This document shows positions 26,536 to 39,904 of a stretch of DNA of 64,000 bases, one piece after another. This DNA is from Raja brachyura (lineage: Eukaryota), in NCBI GenBank assembly GCA_963514005.1, contig OY740787.1, forward strand, positions 83,204,001 to 83,268,000, written 5' to 3'. The notes under the pieces are model-generated. The model made no database searches and was not told where the DNA came from. It saw only the letters and a program-made list of their open reading frames with translations. The position numbers and the translations under genes were made by a program. How positions within the stretch are numbered: the stretch's first letter is position 1; each line of letters begins with the position of its first letter.

Positions 26536-28714
26536 TGGGAGCCTAATTATCCATGGTCCAAATACTGAATACAATTTTTTGAATTGACAATTAGAAACTG
26601 GCACAAGATGTGCAGGTGTCTTATTTTTGTCAAAATCTCTTTAATCTGGACAGTCGCAACATACATTAAAACATCTTGATTACCCACACATTGTACCAAC
26701 TTGCAAACAGAGTTATCCTTACAGTCGAGGTATAAATAAATTTCAGGAGTCGCAAAATTTGGCAGCAGCAAATTAGCATCTACAAAATGTACTGAATCCA
26801 CGTTTAACAAATATTTCCAGTTTTTGCCTTAATATAGATTTCTGAAAAGTTGAATTCAAATTACAAATCATTGAAACGGGGAAGCATTATCACATCTACA
26901 AATGCATTAGGCTAGTAAAAAAAAGAATACATGCTTAGAAATCGTTCAAAGGTGCATTATTGCAAACTTCTCATAGGTCAAGTGGGAAAACTTATGTGGG
27001 AAGAGGAAAGAAGGGATGGAGAAAAAAAGGAGTGCACACGGTATTGGTACATGCACTGGTGCAAGTAAGACTCTCTTTCGGGCAACATGATTCAGCTACA
27101 TAAAACAATGTAGAGACCTGCTCTCCATTGCAACCATCCCATGCCGTACCTAACAATGAAGTATTTCAAACGATCACTGAGAGCATAAAAAGGAAAAGGG
27201 TTCGCTTTCCCAGCACTATCATAAAAAAAAAGAACATGTCAGAATTTCACATGGATTACGCTGAATGCTGGCTCTGACAGACACCAATAGTCATGGAGCA
27301 ATCATAAATCCTACAATAACTGCATCAAAAGGTCATACAATATAAATATATCCCTACTCAGTTCCACCATGTGTTTGCCAAACAAAATATTGGCCTCGTG
27401 ATCCTCATGAAAAATGTGAAAATAAGATTTTAAACATCAATAGAATGCAACAAGTTTTGACGTAACCAGGTTTCATTCACCATAACTAACAGTGACAGGT
27501 AATGTATGTGTTCTGGTTTTAATTATCTCCACAATAATGCAACATTGCTATTATTTTTCTTCTTGGCTTTATCTTCTTTGTCATGTTCTGTCATCACAGC
27601 TGAAGATGCAGAAATGATCCACAAATTTCTGTTCTTCAGATGTTCTCACCACGATAAAATATCTAAATTGCCCACAGTGCTAGGCTTAGGTTTGTAGTAA
27701 CTTCTTGCAAGACAAAACTCTGTTTTCAAATCGCTACCATTCTACTGACTGGAGCACATAATAAAAAAAGTAGATAGTTGAAGACGCCGTTCTTTGCAAG
27801 ACATTTTAAACCTCAGGTTGATGGGGAAAAAAACCATCGAGATATTTAAAGAATAGCAGTGGTATTCCCCTCATTGTTCTCACCAACATTCATTCTTTAA
27901 AGCAATTTTGTTTGTATATTGTACAAATGATTTTGGAGACTAATTGACGCATCATGTCATTGCCAGCTCTCAGGGTATTCCCATCATTCTATTCATTCAT
28001 CTACATCTCTGCAATCTTTTCTTTCTCATATTCCCATCAACTATTCCTCGATGCTACTGCCAGCACCTATCAAGGGCCCCTTAGGGTGTGGAAGGAAAAA
28101 ATACAGCATTCAGGGGAATCCAAAGCGGTCACATGAAGAATTTACAAACTCCACGCGGACAACACCCAAGATCAGGATCAAACTCAAGTCACTGGATTTT
28201 TTTCTGAATATGTATCCCAACCCAAAATATCACCTGTCCATTCCCCCACTGGTGCTGCCTAACCCACTGAGTCCCTTCATCATTTTGTGTTTTGCTCATT
28301 GATTTTCTGTTAAGTTTAGATGATAGATCTTTTTAACTTTCCTCGTTAGCATTATGTAGTCAAGATGGCCGTCTGGTCAATCGTTTTTGCCTCCTGAAGA
28401 ATGCGGGAGATCAAGGAAATTTGCAGTATCCCTGGTGACTACACCTGTTGGACGTGCAACGTTAAGTGCATTGTGTGGCTGGGACTGCAGTGGACTCATT
28501 CAGGAGCATCCATGATGCTGAGAGCATCATAGTTTAATTAGCCAAAGGGCCAGTTCCATGCTGTATGGCTCTATGACATCATTACAGTTAGTGGGCTAAT
28601 TAACTGCTATATTTCTACAAGATAGAAGTGATTCCACTTTTAAATAGCAATAAACTTGTTTGGGGATATCCTGAAGTCATGAAAGCCACTAAATTAATGC
28701 CAGAATTAATGCCG

Positions 28715-28842
28715 AACCCCTTCTTCAGACCCGAAACGTTGCCTATTTCCTTCGCTCCATAGATGATGCTGCACCCGCTGAGTTTCTCCAGCACTTGTGT
28801 CTACCTTTGATTTTCCAGCATCTGCAGTTCCTTCTTAAACAC
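28715..28842 (+). mobile_element. Penelope terminal fragment (family B)
   Basis: ccgaaacgttgcctatttccttcgctccatagatg, as at 61260. Confidence 0.7.
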
Positions 28843-29063
28843 TTCAGCAGAGAATGGAGCACTTTGTAAATAGGTTAGAGATCAGTCAGTCCAAAAGAAC
28901 ACAAATGGCAATATAAAAATCTGTGGCAAGGATATGCTGACATCCTAATCCCTAAACTGCAGGCCAGTCATACTTTAGTCCATTTCTTGCAGAAGAACCA
29001 GTCTTTTGAAGATTTCACTCAATTACTTTTATTAAAAATGAACCCTTAAAATAAATCAGCCAA

Positions 29064-32000
29064 TTAAGGATGTCTGGAGAATTGAAAACCCATCCGGACG
29101 AGAATATTCATTTTACTCACCTGTGCATAAAACATATTCAAGGATAGACTATTTCTTAGTAGACTCTAAACTAATTCCATTTACTTACAAGTTACAATAT
29201 CATAACATCATAATTTCGGATCATGCTCCATTAACGTTTATGATTAAACTAAATGGAATGGACAAGAAACGGACACAATGGAGACTTAATCCTCAAATCT
29301 TAAATGAACAGGTATGTTGTGAATATCTTGTAAAACAGATTAATATGTTTTTCGAGGTCAATGACCAGCCTGAAATCCCTGCTTCCCTTCTCTGGGAAAC
29401 ATTTAAAGCATTTATACGAGGGGCATTAATCTCCTCTCAGGCATTTCTTAATAAAGAGAATAGAGCTAAAAAACAGACATTGGAAATGGAAATAAGGCAA
29501 TTAGACATAGAAAATGCAAGAGCACCTTCATTGGCAAAACATAACAAAATTGCAGCACTGAAATATAAGTTAAATAAAATATACTCTGACCAAGTAATAA
29601 AACTTTATCAACACACAAAACAATAAAATTTTGAATTTGGTGATAAACCACTAAAACTATTAGCACGCCAGCTTCGTAAATTGGACGGGGAAAAAACGAT
29701 TCATAAGATTAGATATAATAAGGGAGAAATACTAACACTCCCCAAAAATATTAATGACAGATTTTCACAATACTATCAAAATCTTTATTCAACTAAAGTG
29801 ACAGAACAATCAACAGGAATGGAAGCATTTTTACAGAAATGTAACCTTAAAGGCTTAGATTTGCAAGAGCAAGAATGATTAGGAGCTGAAATAATGACAA
29901 AAGATATCGAAGAGTCAATTGGATCTTTAAAAAATGGATAGGCCGCAGGCTCTGATGGCCTAAGCACTGAATTTTATTAAAAAATTTATGATCTGATTTC
30001 TCCACACTTACAAACACTGTATAAACACGTTTATACTCAACAGCAACTCCCGGAAACTTTAAACGAATCAACAATAATACTTATACCTAAAACTGATAAG
30101 GATCTGGAAGACCCGGCCTCATATAGAGCAATAGCTCTATTAAATACTGATCAGAAAATATTAACTAAAATCCTATCTTATAGATTGAGCTCAGTGATTA
30201 ACAAATTAATACACCCTGACCAAACAGGTTTTATCCCAAAATGTCACTCATTTTACAATCTGAGACGATTATTTAATATTTTCCTCAAATAGAATTGCTA
30301 ATGCAGATCTAGCAATTATTTCGCTAGATGCTGAAAAAGCCTTCGATCAAGTAGAATGGTCATATTTATATTCAGTGATGGAAAAATTTCAACTGGGAGA
30401 GAAGTACTGTACATGGGTTAAACGTTTATACTCTAACCCAGCAGCTAGAATACTAACTAACCAAATGTTATCAACTAAATTTAATCTTTCTTGAGGTTGT
30501 AGACAAGGATGCTCGTTATCTCCATTATTATTTGCTTTAGCAATTGAACCACTCGCAGAAAATGTCAGATCTAATCCAGAAATACATGGGTATAATACTA
30601 AAGATACAATGAATAAAATTCCTCTCTAATTATTCAGAAATTACTATTCCAAATTTATTAAATCTAATAACTCAATTAGGTCATTTCTCAGGATGTAGAA
30701 TTAATTGGAATAAAAGCGAAATCATGCCAATAATGGAACTCAATTTACATATACTACAACAATCACCTTTTAAAATAGTTGAGGAAAAATTTAAATATCT
30801 AGGTATTTATGTAACTAAGGCGTATACTTCTTAATTTAAATCAAATTTCCCACCTTTACTGAATAAACTAAATAAGAATATTCAATACTGGAAAACACTT
30901 CCTATTTCAATGTCCGGTAGAATTAATGCTATAAAAATGATCCATCTGCCGCAATTATTGTACTTATTTCAGTCAATCCCGATATATATTCCAAAATCTT
31001 TTTTTTTTTTTTTAAGTAGACTCTACTGTTACAAGTTTCATCTGGTGTTACAAGTTTCATCTGGGATTACAAGAATCATAGAATAAATAAAAAGCATTTA
31101 TGTAAATCAAAGATTAATGGAGGTTTAGCTCTACCAAATTTTCAGTTTTATTTTTGGGCAGTCCATATTAAAAACATGAATTTTTGGCTGGAAGAAATGG
31201 ATCAACAACCAGACTGTTCAAGGATGGAAAAGGAGGACTGTTTACCTTTTGAAATCGGTTCGCTTATATTTGCACCGACAAAATTGCACAAAAAAACCTA
31301 TAGGGAAAACCCTATAATATATAATGGTACACGAATCTGGAAACAACTAAAAAAGGCTTTAAAATTGGATAATATACCACTCTGTCTCCCTATTGTAAAC
31401 AATCCCTCATTCAAACCTTCCATGCTGGATAAAGGTTTTACACAATGGAAAAACTATGGAATCAAAAAGAAAGGCACTTTTCTTTTATTTCAGGAATTAC
31501 AGCAGAGTTATGGATTACACTCAAATATTTTTTTCCGATATCTACAACTTAGAGATGATGTCAAATCACATACACAAGATTATAGGAATAAGGAACCAGA
31601 AATCCTTGATGAATGTTTGAATAAGCATCCTAATACAGAAAAACTAACAACTTATATTTATAATACCCTTTTAGATAGCGAGATACCATCGACGGAATCA
31701 TATAGACATACATGGGAAAATGAAATACACCAACCCATAACAAAAGATATATAGGACAAAAGTTTACAATATATACACCAATGCTCGTTAAATACCAGAC
31801 ATGCTTTAATACAATTTAAAGTATTACATAGATTACATTACTCAAAAGTTAAATTGAACAGAATCTTCCCACAGGTCTCTTCTATCTGCGATAAATGTCA
31901 GCATCCAGAGGCTAATTTAACACATACTTTTGCAAATTGTATAAAAATTAAGAATTTCTGGACTGAGATTTTTAGAATAACTTCTGAAGTTATTAATACT

Positions 32001-32580
32001 AAATTGGATCCGGACTCAAAATTAATAATACTTGCAACATCAGAACAAAGTTTAACACTTACAACAAGTCAAAGAAATTTCCTAGATTACAGTATAATAA
32101 TTGGGAAGAAATTAATATTAAAATTTTGGAAAAGCCCTATATCCCCCACAATTAAAATGTGGATTACGGAAATGTCGGAGACCCTACACCTGGAAAGTAT
32201 CAGATTTGCCCTAATGGACAAACAAGAAGTTTTCGTTAGAATATGGTCTTCTTTCATTGATTGCTTAAAAGGGTAGATCGGTTCGGCAGGGAACCCTAAC
32301 TGAAACTTAGATGAAAAGTTATATTCTATATTCCTTGATCTTATCTCCAATGATGTATTAATGGTAAATTATTCCATTCTTTATGATTTCTTTTTGATTT
32401 TTATTTTATTTTACTCTCTGTTTTTCTCTCTTTTTATAAAAAAAAATTAGAGACCAAATTATTCATTTGATAATATTAATAATGTATGATTGTTGTATAC
32501 GAAATATTGCTATCATAATATGTGTTTGCTAATTCACTGCTTATCTACTCTAATTAAAATATATATATTTAAAAAAAAAC
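29064..32580 (+). mobile_element. 5'-truncated L1-clade LINE, decayed ORF2
   Basis: EN end (HKTYSRIDYFLV..ISDHAP), RT (SLDAEKAFDQVEW, GCRQGCSLSPLLFALAIEPLA), CCHC end (CDKC..HTFANC), A-rich tail; candidate TSD tcagccaa; many stops and frameshifts. Confidence 0.92.
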
Positions 32581-33802
32581 TCAGCCAAAATCGATAAGTC
32601 ACCGCCCATGAAAATCAATGATGGGATCATTTGCTCAGTACAACTGATGTCTTGCAAAGGTACACATCATTGCATACTGCCCTCTGGAGGCTTTTCATTA
32701 CACTGTTTAGACTTGTGCAGACAATGGTCAAAAGAATTGCATGTACATTTGGTTCAAACTTGTAACAAAAACAGAATAAGCATCAAATGCAGTGTATACC
32801 TTTATTCAAGATTGCATAACAAGGCCTGGGATTAGATCAGTCTCATGTTAAACTAGCGCCTGTAATGGTCAAGATGACCATGTTGAAAGAAATATTCTAT
32901 GTCCACAAATTTTTTAAAGTAAAAATGTTTTTTCACTTGCTGGTTGCACACTATTACTGGAAATAAATAATAATCTCATTGCGAGCGAACATGAAAGGGG
33001 GGAAAATAAATCTCCCCAAAATTACGAGTAAATCTGTTTTCTCCTGCGTGCACTGAAAATCTAACTTGGGACTTGCAACAAACTACCAATGTCCCATTTA
33101 ATCTCTATCATGGCATGGATTGGCTTATGTATCATACCTTCTTTGAGCCCAACAGAAAAAGGTAGAATAAGGTCATGTAGGAAGGAACTAAATATGGCAA
33201 TATTACATTTTCTAAAATTACGGAGTATTTGTGGGATTCTTGCTTATCGGCTTATAAGATTGCTTATAAGATTGTTGTTACAGAGGTTTCTGTATTCTGC
33301 AGAGAATAAACAGCTCTTACTAGCTGAATACGCATCTCAGATCAAACCACAGACTTGTTCCTGAAACTGCCGATTCCTGCCACCGTGGTGGTCATTCAGC
33401 TGATTGAAAGAGTGTTCAATAGGTCACATCACTTTATTATTCAATTAGATAACACTCCCATCAACGTGATCATCCCATTTCCATTTCTCGGCTCCACCCA
33501 TATAGAAACCATCAGAAACTGGAAGAACCATCAGTAATGTCATCTCAGACTCCTGCTGCAATGTTCTCCACCATCAATAAAGTAACTCCTCTTTTACCCT
33601 CACCTCCATCTTGCCAACTACACCTGTACCCTGGAACGTTAAGCTGCCAGTCCTGACCCTCCCTCAGTCAACTTCCACAATGGCTATAACATCTCAGTCA
33701 AATGCCCTGATTCAGCAGCCTTACCCGACAAAACAAAACCAATAATAAATGCTAATGATTACTGTTTGAATAAAAGCAGTAGAAGGAGGAAAGTGCACTT
33801 AC

Positions 33803-33852
33803 CAAACTGATTGGTTAATCAACGTACAGCCATAGATCCAGTTACTGGATTC
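33803..33852 (-). CDS. PGAP1: PGAP1 exon 11
   Basis: 50 nt, AG/GTAAGT; ESSNWIYGCTLINQSV(C). Confidence 0.9.
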
Positions 33853-34124
33853 CTATCAAGTCAAATGACAAAATGCATTTGAGATCGTATTTCAAATGGC
33901 AATGAAACAACGTTGTACATGTAGGTGAATTGAGAACTGATGTTTTTAATATAAAGTACTTCTAATAATGCTTTATAAATAATGCCCAGTGCTGCTGAGT
34001 TTTCCCCATTCAAGATGTGCCGCACATCTTTTCATAAGAGAAAATGTTTCTTAAAGTTACAGTTAATGATAGACTGTATGAGTAAAATATTTCAATATTT
34101 TGATAAAAAAGAATGCAAACTTAC

Positions 34125-34220
34125 CAGATTGGTGGTTCGGCAATATAAGTTACTGTAAAGTTCCTCCTCACTTGGAAGTGGTAAAATAAAATATGAAGCA
34201 TTGGGTAACCGTGCTGAAAA
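34125..34220 (-). CDS. PGAP1: PGAP1 exon 10 (5' boundary uncertain)
   Basis: (FSAR)LPNASYFILPLPSEEELYSNLYCRTTNL, donor GTAAGT; nearest in-frame AG gives a 96-nt exon. Confidence 0.75.
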
Positions 34221-34305
34221 CTGAAGCATAATTTGGCACATGATTTCAAAACTGTTAATTTGACAGAACACGTTTAACTCGTTTTTAAAATGCAATATCT
34301 AGTAC

Positions 34306-34364
34306 CTGCGGAGAGTTGTAAGTCCATTCGTATGTTTTAATTTCACTCCACGTTGCAGCTGAAC
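34306..34364 (-). CDS. PGAP1: PGAP1 exon 9
   Basis: 59 nt after a 78-nt intron; GSAATWSEIKTYEWTYNSPQ; W..WTY pattern and phase fit. Confidence 0.85.
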
Positions 34365-34442
34365 CTAAAATAAATTCACTCATGAAATGCATTTTATATA
34401 TTTGTACATCTCATTAATTTTAAACAACACATCACATCAAAC

Positions 34443-34548
34443 CTGGAAATGAGACCAAAGTCTCTGGATTATCTTCAGAATCTTTTTCTGAATAGGTGAC
34501 AAAATGGTGGTGAAGGACTGTCATTCTCTTCTTTAGATCCATTGTTAT
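34443..34548 (-). CDS. PGAP1: PGAP1 exon 8
   Basis: 106 nt; ITMDLKKRMTVLHHHFVTYSEKDSEDNPETLVSFP. Confidence 0.9.
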
Positions 34549-34756
34549 CTTAAAAAAAAACCTTCAATGTCACAGCCATTTTAAACAACAAAATCAACAA
34601 TCCATTAGCAATTTGTGACTACACAAGTCTAAATTATTCAGCATAAACTTTATCACTATACAAGTCACACAACAATAATCCAATTAACATCCAACAGAAA
34701 CAAAGGTATTTAAAGTTGGTACAAACACATTGTGCATTATTCACATCACTTTAGAT

Positions 34757-36373
34757 CAGTGGTTCTTAACCTTTTTGGCCGCACGACCCCATCAGACATT
34801 CTTGGTCAGTACCGTGGCCCTCGAAACAAAAATTGGGGGAAAAATCAGCCCGATTTATTAAAACATGTCCGCCAAAACTCAATGAGATGGCTGAAATTGC
34901 TTCACAACCATCAGGCGATCAAAATGAGGACGAATGCTCGACAGGCAGCACCTCATGTCAGCGTCGATCACAAGCCTATTGCGTGCCTTCATTTTCAGTT
35001 ACCATGGTTGAGAATCCAGCCTCACAGTGATAGGTTGAGGGGGACTGGTCCAATAGGGTCAGGGCCCTCTTTGAAAGAACAGGACAGTCCTTCACTTTCA
35101 GCCAAAACGTGGCGAGCTCTTGTTTCATGAAGTCACTCTTGAGGTGCACATCTTCATGAATTTGGTAAAATTCAACCTTCGCAGCCACGTCAGTATCGCT
35201 GATGGCACCATTTTCAACGGAAAAGAGTCGGACGATCCACTCATCACGAGAACGGTCGTCCAGTCCTGGGAAGTAGCATTCAATTATTTGCCAGAAGGTG
35301 GGTTGAGATCTCCTCGTGGAAGTGACATTCAGCATCTGGCGTAGCATCCAGGAGAGTCATCATCTCAGGGAAGATGGTCGTGTCACTGTCCTGGACTCTT
35401 CTCTGGTAAAGGTGAATCTTTCTCCTGAACGTTGCCACTTTGTCACGAGCCATGTGCAGCGTTGGGAGGTTTTCTTGAAGTGACAGGTTTAAGGAATTCA
35501 CCTCGGCGAAGAAGTCAACCAAGTGAGGAACCTTCATCACGAACAGTTCATCCTGCATCTTTTCATGAAGCCGATTCTCCTTCTCGGTACACCCTCTCTC
35601 CAAGAACAGCGCTATTTCCTCTCGGTTGAATCACACGATTGAGAACTTTACCACTCGAAAGCCAGCGCACCTCTGTGCGGAATATCGTAACAGAGAAATC
35701 AGCGCCCATTCCTTCACACATCGCTTTGCAGATTCTTGAGTTTGTTGCGCTCCCTCGGATGTGGTTCACAATCTTCACCACATCTGAAAGCACTTCTCGA
35801 AGACCAGCAGGGAGAGTCTTCATCGCTAAAGCATGGTGATGTATCATGCAGTGGGTGAAAGAGACATGCAGAGCGACATTCTTCACGAAGGCTTTGAAGC
35901 TGGATCTGCATCCGACCATGGAAGGTGCCCCATCTGTACACACCCCGACAAGGCGTTCCCAGCCAAGCTCATGTTGGATGAGGAAGGCTTCCAGCATTCT
36001 GAACACATCTTCTCCCCGAGTGGTAGTGGACAATAGCTCCTAGAACAACCCTTCCCCGCCAGGTCGCTGTGACAAGACTCCAAATGGAACTTCAGTTTGC
36101 TGGGCTTCATGCTCTCGTTGCTCAAAACCTTGACACAGATAACACATTGCGGCTTGACCACGGATTTTTGAACAATGCTTGTGAAGCCGAACATGGTTCA
36201 CAACACAAACAGTTTGTATGTGTATATGTATGTACATACGCAAACAAAATACTGTGTGTGGTTTGTACCTTTGTTAGGTTCCTAAAAATGGGCTCAACAA
36301 ATTGATATGTTATTTATGACCCCTTCATGACCCCCGGAAAAACCCCAAACGGCCCCCAGGTTAAGAACCATTG
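34757..36373 (-). mobile_element. Buster/Charlie-type hAT transposon, internally deleted
   Basis: TIR cagtggttcttaacct; 8-bp TSD ctttagat/ccttagat; BED finger PQCVIC..KPSKLKFHL, CTDGAPSM, HCMIHHHAL, TEVRWLS, STYHCEAGFS. Confidence 0.93.
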
Positions 36374-36759
36374 CCTTAGATTGACCAAGAGTGACATGTT
36401 TTATTTTGTACAATCAAAAATTACTCAAAATTACTTAGCAACATGTAAGTCTTAAAAATCTTTGGTATAATTGACAGTATAATTGTAAATTGTCCCTAGT
36501 GTGTAGGAGAAACTGTTTCCGCAGTGTATCTCTACACTAAACCAAAAATAAGAAATTGTAAGTCTTAGCTAATTCTGACAGTTTTTCAAACTTTTCATTG
36601 TCATGAAATCGCCAAATATGTTAATTATGCTTGATGAAAACTTTGATACTGCAAACTAGGTGTTATTAAGCAGCATTGGGAATCAGAAGTGGTAATCTCT
36701 CCACTAAGATTTATGACTAAATTGCACAATATTACTTCATATTACTTTCATTCCAAATG

Positions 36760-37352
36760 ATCAGAATCAGAATCACACTTTATTCGCCAAATAGGTTTTG
36801 CAACATACGAGGAATTTCATTGGCCAGGTCAGTCATACAATTAAAAACAACAGATCACTCAAAAACACATTTTAACATGAACATCCATCACAGTGACTCC
36901 TACACATTCCTCACTGTGATGAAAGGCGAAATGAAGTTCAAGTCCTTCCTTTTGTTCTTCCACGGTCGGGGGCCTCGAGCCCTCCGTTGACGGGACGATC
37001 TTGACTCCCGTAGAAGGCGGCGTTCTGGCCCTCCGCATCAAGGCATTCATGTCCTGCATCAGGGGAATGTCAGCTCCCCCGCACCGGGCGATCGAACCTC
37101 GCATCGGGGCTGGTCGAGTGATGGGGCTCACGTATGTCCGAGGAGGCCTCCAGCTCCAGCGATGGTAGGCCGCAGAGCCCAGAGAATATGATCACATCTC
37201 CGGGAAGGTAGGAACTTGAAAAAAAGTTTCCCCCAATCCCCTCCCCACTGCCCCCACATAAAACATACCGAAGAACATGTAAACAAACTTTTTAATGGTC
37301 TAAAAAATAACAAAAAGAAAGAAACGAACAGACTGCCGGCGCCCCTGGTGGT
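36760..37352 (-). mobile_element. GC-rich non-autonomous retroposon with Rex1-type tail
   Basis: Tail matches the Rex1 3' end at 5560-5610 (ttggcgaataaa..ttctga repeats); CpG-rich non-coding body. Confidence 0.55.
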
Positions 37353-37354
37353 CT

Positions 37355-37975
37355 AAATCAAGTGAGTTTATTGTCATGTGTCCCTGATAGGACAAGGAAA
37401 TTCTTGCTTTGCATCAGCACACAGAACATAGAATGCATTTACTACAAAACAGATCAGTGCGTCCATATACAAATATATACACACATGAATAAATAAACTA
37501 ATGAAGTGCAAATAACAGATAATGGGTTATTAGTTATCAGAGTTTTGTCCGAGCCAGGTTTAATAGCCTGATGGCTATGGGGAAGTAGCTATTCCTGAAG
37601 CTGGTCGTTGCAGTCTTCAGGTTCCTGTACCTTCTACCTGAAGGTAGCAGGGAGATGAGTGTGTGGCCAGGGTGGTGGGGGTCCTTGATGATGCTGCCAG
37701 CCTTTTTGAGGCAGCGACTGCGGTAAATCCCCCCGATGGAAGGAAGGTCAGAGCCGATGATGAACTGGGCAGTGCTTACTACTTTTTGTAGTCTTTTCCT
37801 CTCCAGGGCGTTCAAGTTGCCGAACCAAGCCACGATGCAACCGGTTAGCATGCTCTCTACTGTGCACCTGTAGAATGTAGAGAGAGTCCTCCTTGACAAA
37901 CCGACTCTCCGTAATCTTCTTAGGAAGTAGAGGCACTGGTGAGCTTTCTTGATAATTGCATCAGTGTTCTCAGAC
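37355..37975 (-). mobile_element. Rex1/Babar 3' fragment
   Basis: IIKKAHQCLYFLRRLRR..FYRCTVESMLTGCIVAWFGN..LLPSGRRYR. Confidence 0.92.
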
Positions 37976-38334
37976 CGCATCCTAAATGTCTAAATCCGCA
38001 TTTGTAACCACTGAACTACGACTGGAGGACAGGAAGTTGATGCTTTTTTTGCCATAGGATCCATTAACCAGTAGGTTCAAATAAAGGTCAAACATGACAA
38101 TATTAGAAATACGGAGTTATCCAGATGTCACATCCAACATTCATCCCTGAAAAAGAGTTATCAAAAACTGTCGCTCAACTCCATGCTGGAGGAACATGTA
38201 TCCACAGCAGTTATTTAACCATGATGAATTCCCAATGTAGAGATGGCAACGCCAGTTCAGGTAGTTCCACACATGAAGACAGAAAGTAAAACAAAATGCA
38301 GCGAAAGATGTAAATAACTATAAAATAGTAATAT

Positions 38335-38601
38335 TGTGGCGTCAGCCTAAACACGGGCCACTTATGCTCGAACCCTCGTCAGGAGATACGAGGACGGGCA
38401 CGTGAGCCCTGGTACTTAAGGTCCCTTACCTCGAGACTTGAGGGAGTGAACAGGCAGCTGAGCCCGAAAGTACAACCTCGCTCAGCAACAGCAACATTGT
38501 AATATGGTTAGCGCCCCCACCTAACGTGTCACTACTGAATAAACAACCGTTTGAACCGACCTGACGTCTCACCTTTATTCACCACGTATGGTGCCACTAC
38601 A
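38335..38601 (+). mobile_element. Solo LTR (Gypsy-like)
   Basis: TGT..ACA ends, 4-bp TSD atat both sides, internal AATAAA near 38538, CpG-rich, 267 bp. Confidence 0.7.
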
Positions 38602-38714
38602 ATATCAAAGATAAGACTAAGGATGACTTTGCTTTTTAAGAAAACATGTAATGACCAATTGCTTTGATTGTATCTTGAGATGGTGTAATGTTCACCCTAT
38701 GGATTAATTCAGAT

Positions 38715-39225
38715 TTAAAAAAAACTTTATTGTCATTGTGCAGTGTACAAGTACAGAGACCACGAAATGCAGATAGCATCTCACCCAGAAGTGCAAACAC
38801 AGAATAATGGGACAGTAAAATATATATATGTATGTACAGTAGCAGTAGTGCAATTTTCGGGGGGGGGGGGGAAGAAGAGAGATTAGTCACTGGGGAAAGG
38901 AGTGTCCGGGGGGGGGGGGGGGGGGAGGGTGACTGGCAATCACCAAGGTGCAGAGTAGGGTAACAGCCGCAGGGAAAAAGCTGTTCCTGAACCTGGTGGT
39001 CTGGGAACGGAGTGACCTGTAGCGCCTCCCAGATGGGAGGTGGGTAAACAGTCTGTGGTTGGGGTGAGAGCAGTCCTTGACGATGCTGCGTGCCCTTCGC
39101 AGACATCGCTTGCTCTGGACAGACTCAATGGAGGGGAGCGAGGAACCGGTGATGCGTTGGACAGTTTTCACCACCCTCTGCAATGCTTTCCGGTCGGAGA
39201 CAGAGCAGTTGCCATACCATACTGT
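38715..39225 (-). mobile_element. Rex1/Babar 3' fragment
   Basis: QRVVKTVQRITG..DCSHPNHRLFTHLPSGRRYRSL..RFRNSFFP. Confidence 0.88.
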
Positions 39226-39354
39226 TAATTCTGGAATTGATTGTACAGTTGGGATGGTCCTTACATGTCACTATGGTTAATTGTGCAAACTTTTGGAGTT
39301 ATTGATACAATATACATAACAAATATCGGGAGCGAGTAAAACATAGTTACGCAC

Positions 39355-39421
39355 CTGATTAGTATTATGATCAACAAGATCAAAAAAGACTCTAACAGTG
39401 GCTAGTACCAGCTCTTTGCAC
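39355..39421 (-). CDS. PGAP1: PGAP1 exon 7
   Basis: 67 nt, AG/GTGCGT; CKELVLATVRVFFDLVDHNTNQ. Confidence 0.94.
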
Positions 39422-39534
39422 CTGAAAGTACAAACGATAATGATTATAACTATAGTTAGCTTCCCTATCATTACTGAAGAACAAGGTTTGCAAAGAAAAC
39501 TACCCATAGAGCTCAAAGTATTTTGAACTAAAAG

Positions 39535-39845
39535 ATGGGTGGAGATGTCCAACACTAGAGGGCATAGATCTCAGGTGAGAGGGGGGAAGTTTAATGAAGA
39601 TGTGTGGTGCATGTTCTTTTCTCAGAAGGTGGTGGGGGCCTGGAATGCATTGCCAGGTACGGTGGTGGAGGCAGATACCATAGTGGCATTTAAGAGGCTT
39701 TTAGATTGGCAGCTGGATGCGCAGGAAATAGAGGAATATGGATTATGTGCAGGCAGATGAGATCAGTTCAGCTAGATATCATGTTTGGCACGAACATCAT
39801 GCGCAGTAGAACCTGTTCCTGTGTTGTACTGTTCTATGTTCTATG
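39535..39845 (+). mobile_element. CR1 3' end
   Basis: TRGHRSQVRGGKF..FFSQKVVGAWNALP; tctatgt tail. Confidence 0.8.
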
Positions 39846-39904
39846 TAGATACAAAAAGCAGAGCAAAATTAATTACTGCAAATGGATTCAAACGTTCACA
39901 GATG

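Noticed and set aside
28390-28532. Possible coding exon
   Set aside because: Resembles a decayed CR1 ORF1 fragment (PGDYTC..C); no splice or frame support.
34976-36194. Domesticated ZBED5/Buster-like gene
   Set aside because: Frameshifted, internally deleted and still bounded by TIRs and TSD.
37335-37352. CTCF-like motif ccaccaggggcgcc on the minus strand
   Set aside because: One G short of the core consensus and located at a repeat terminus.
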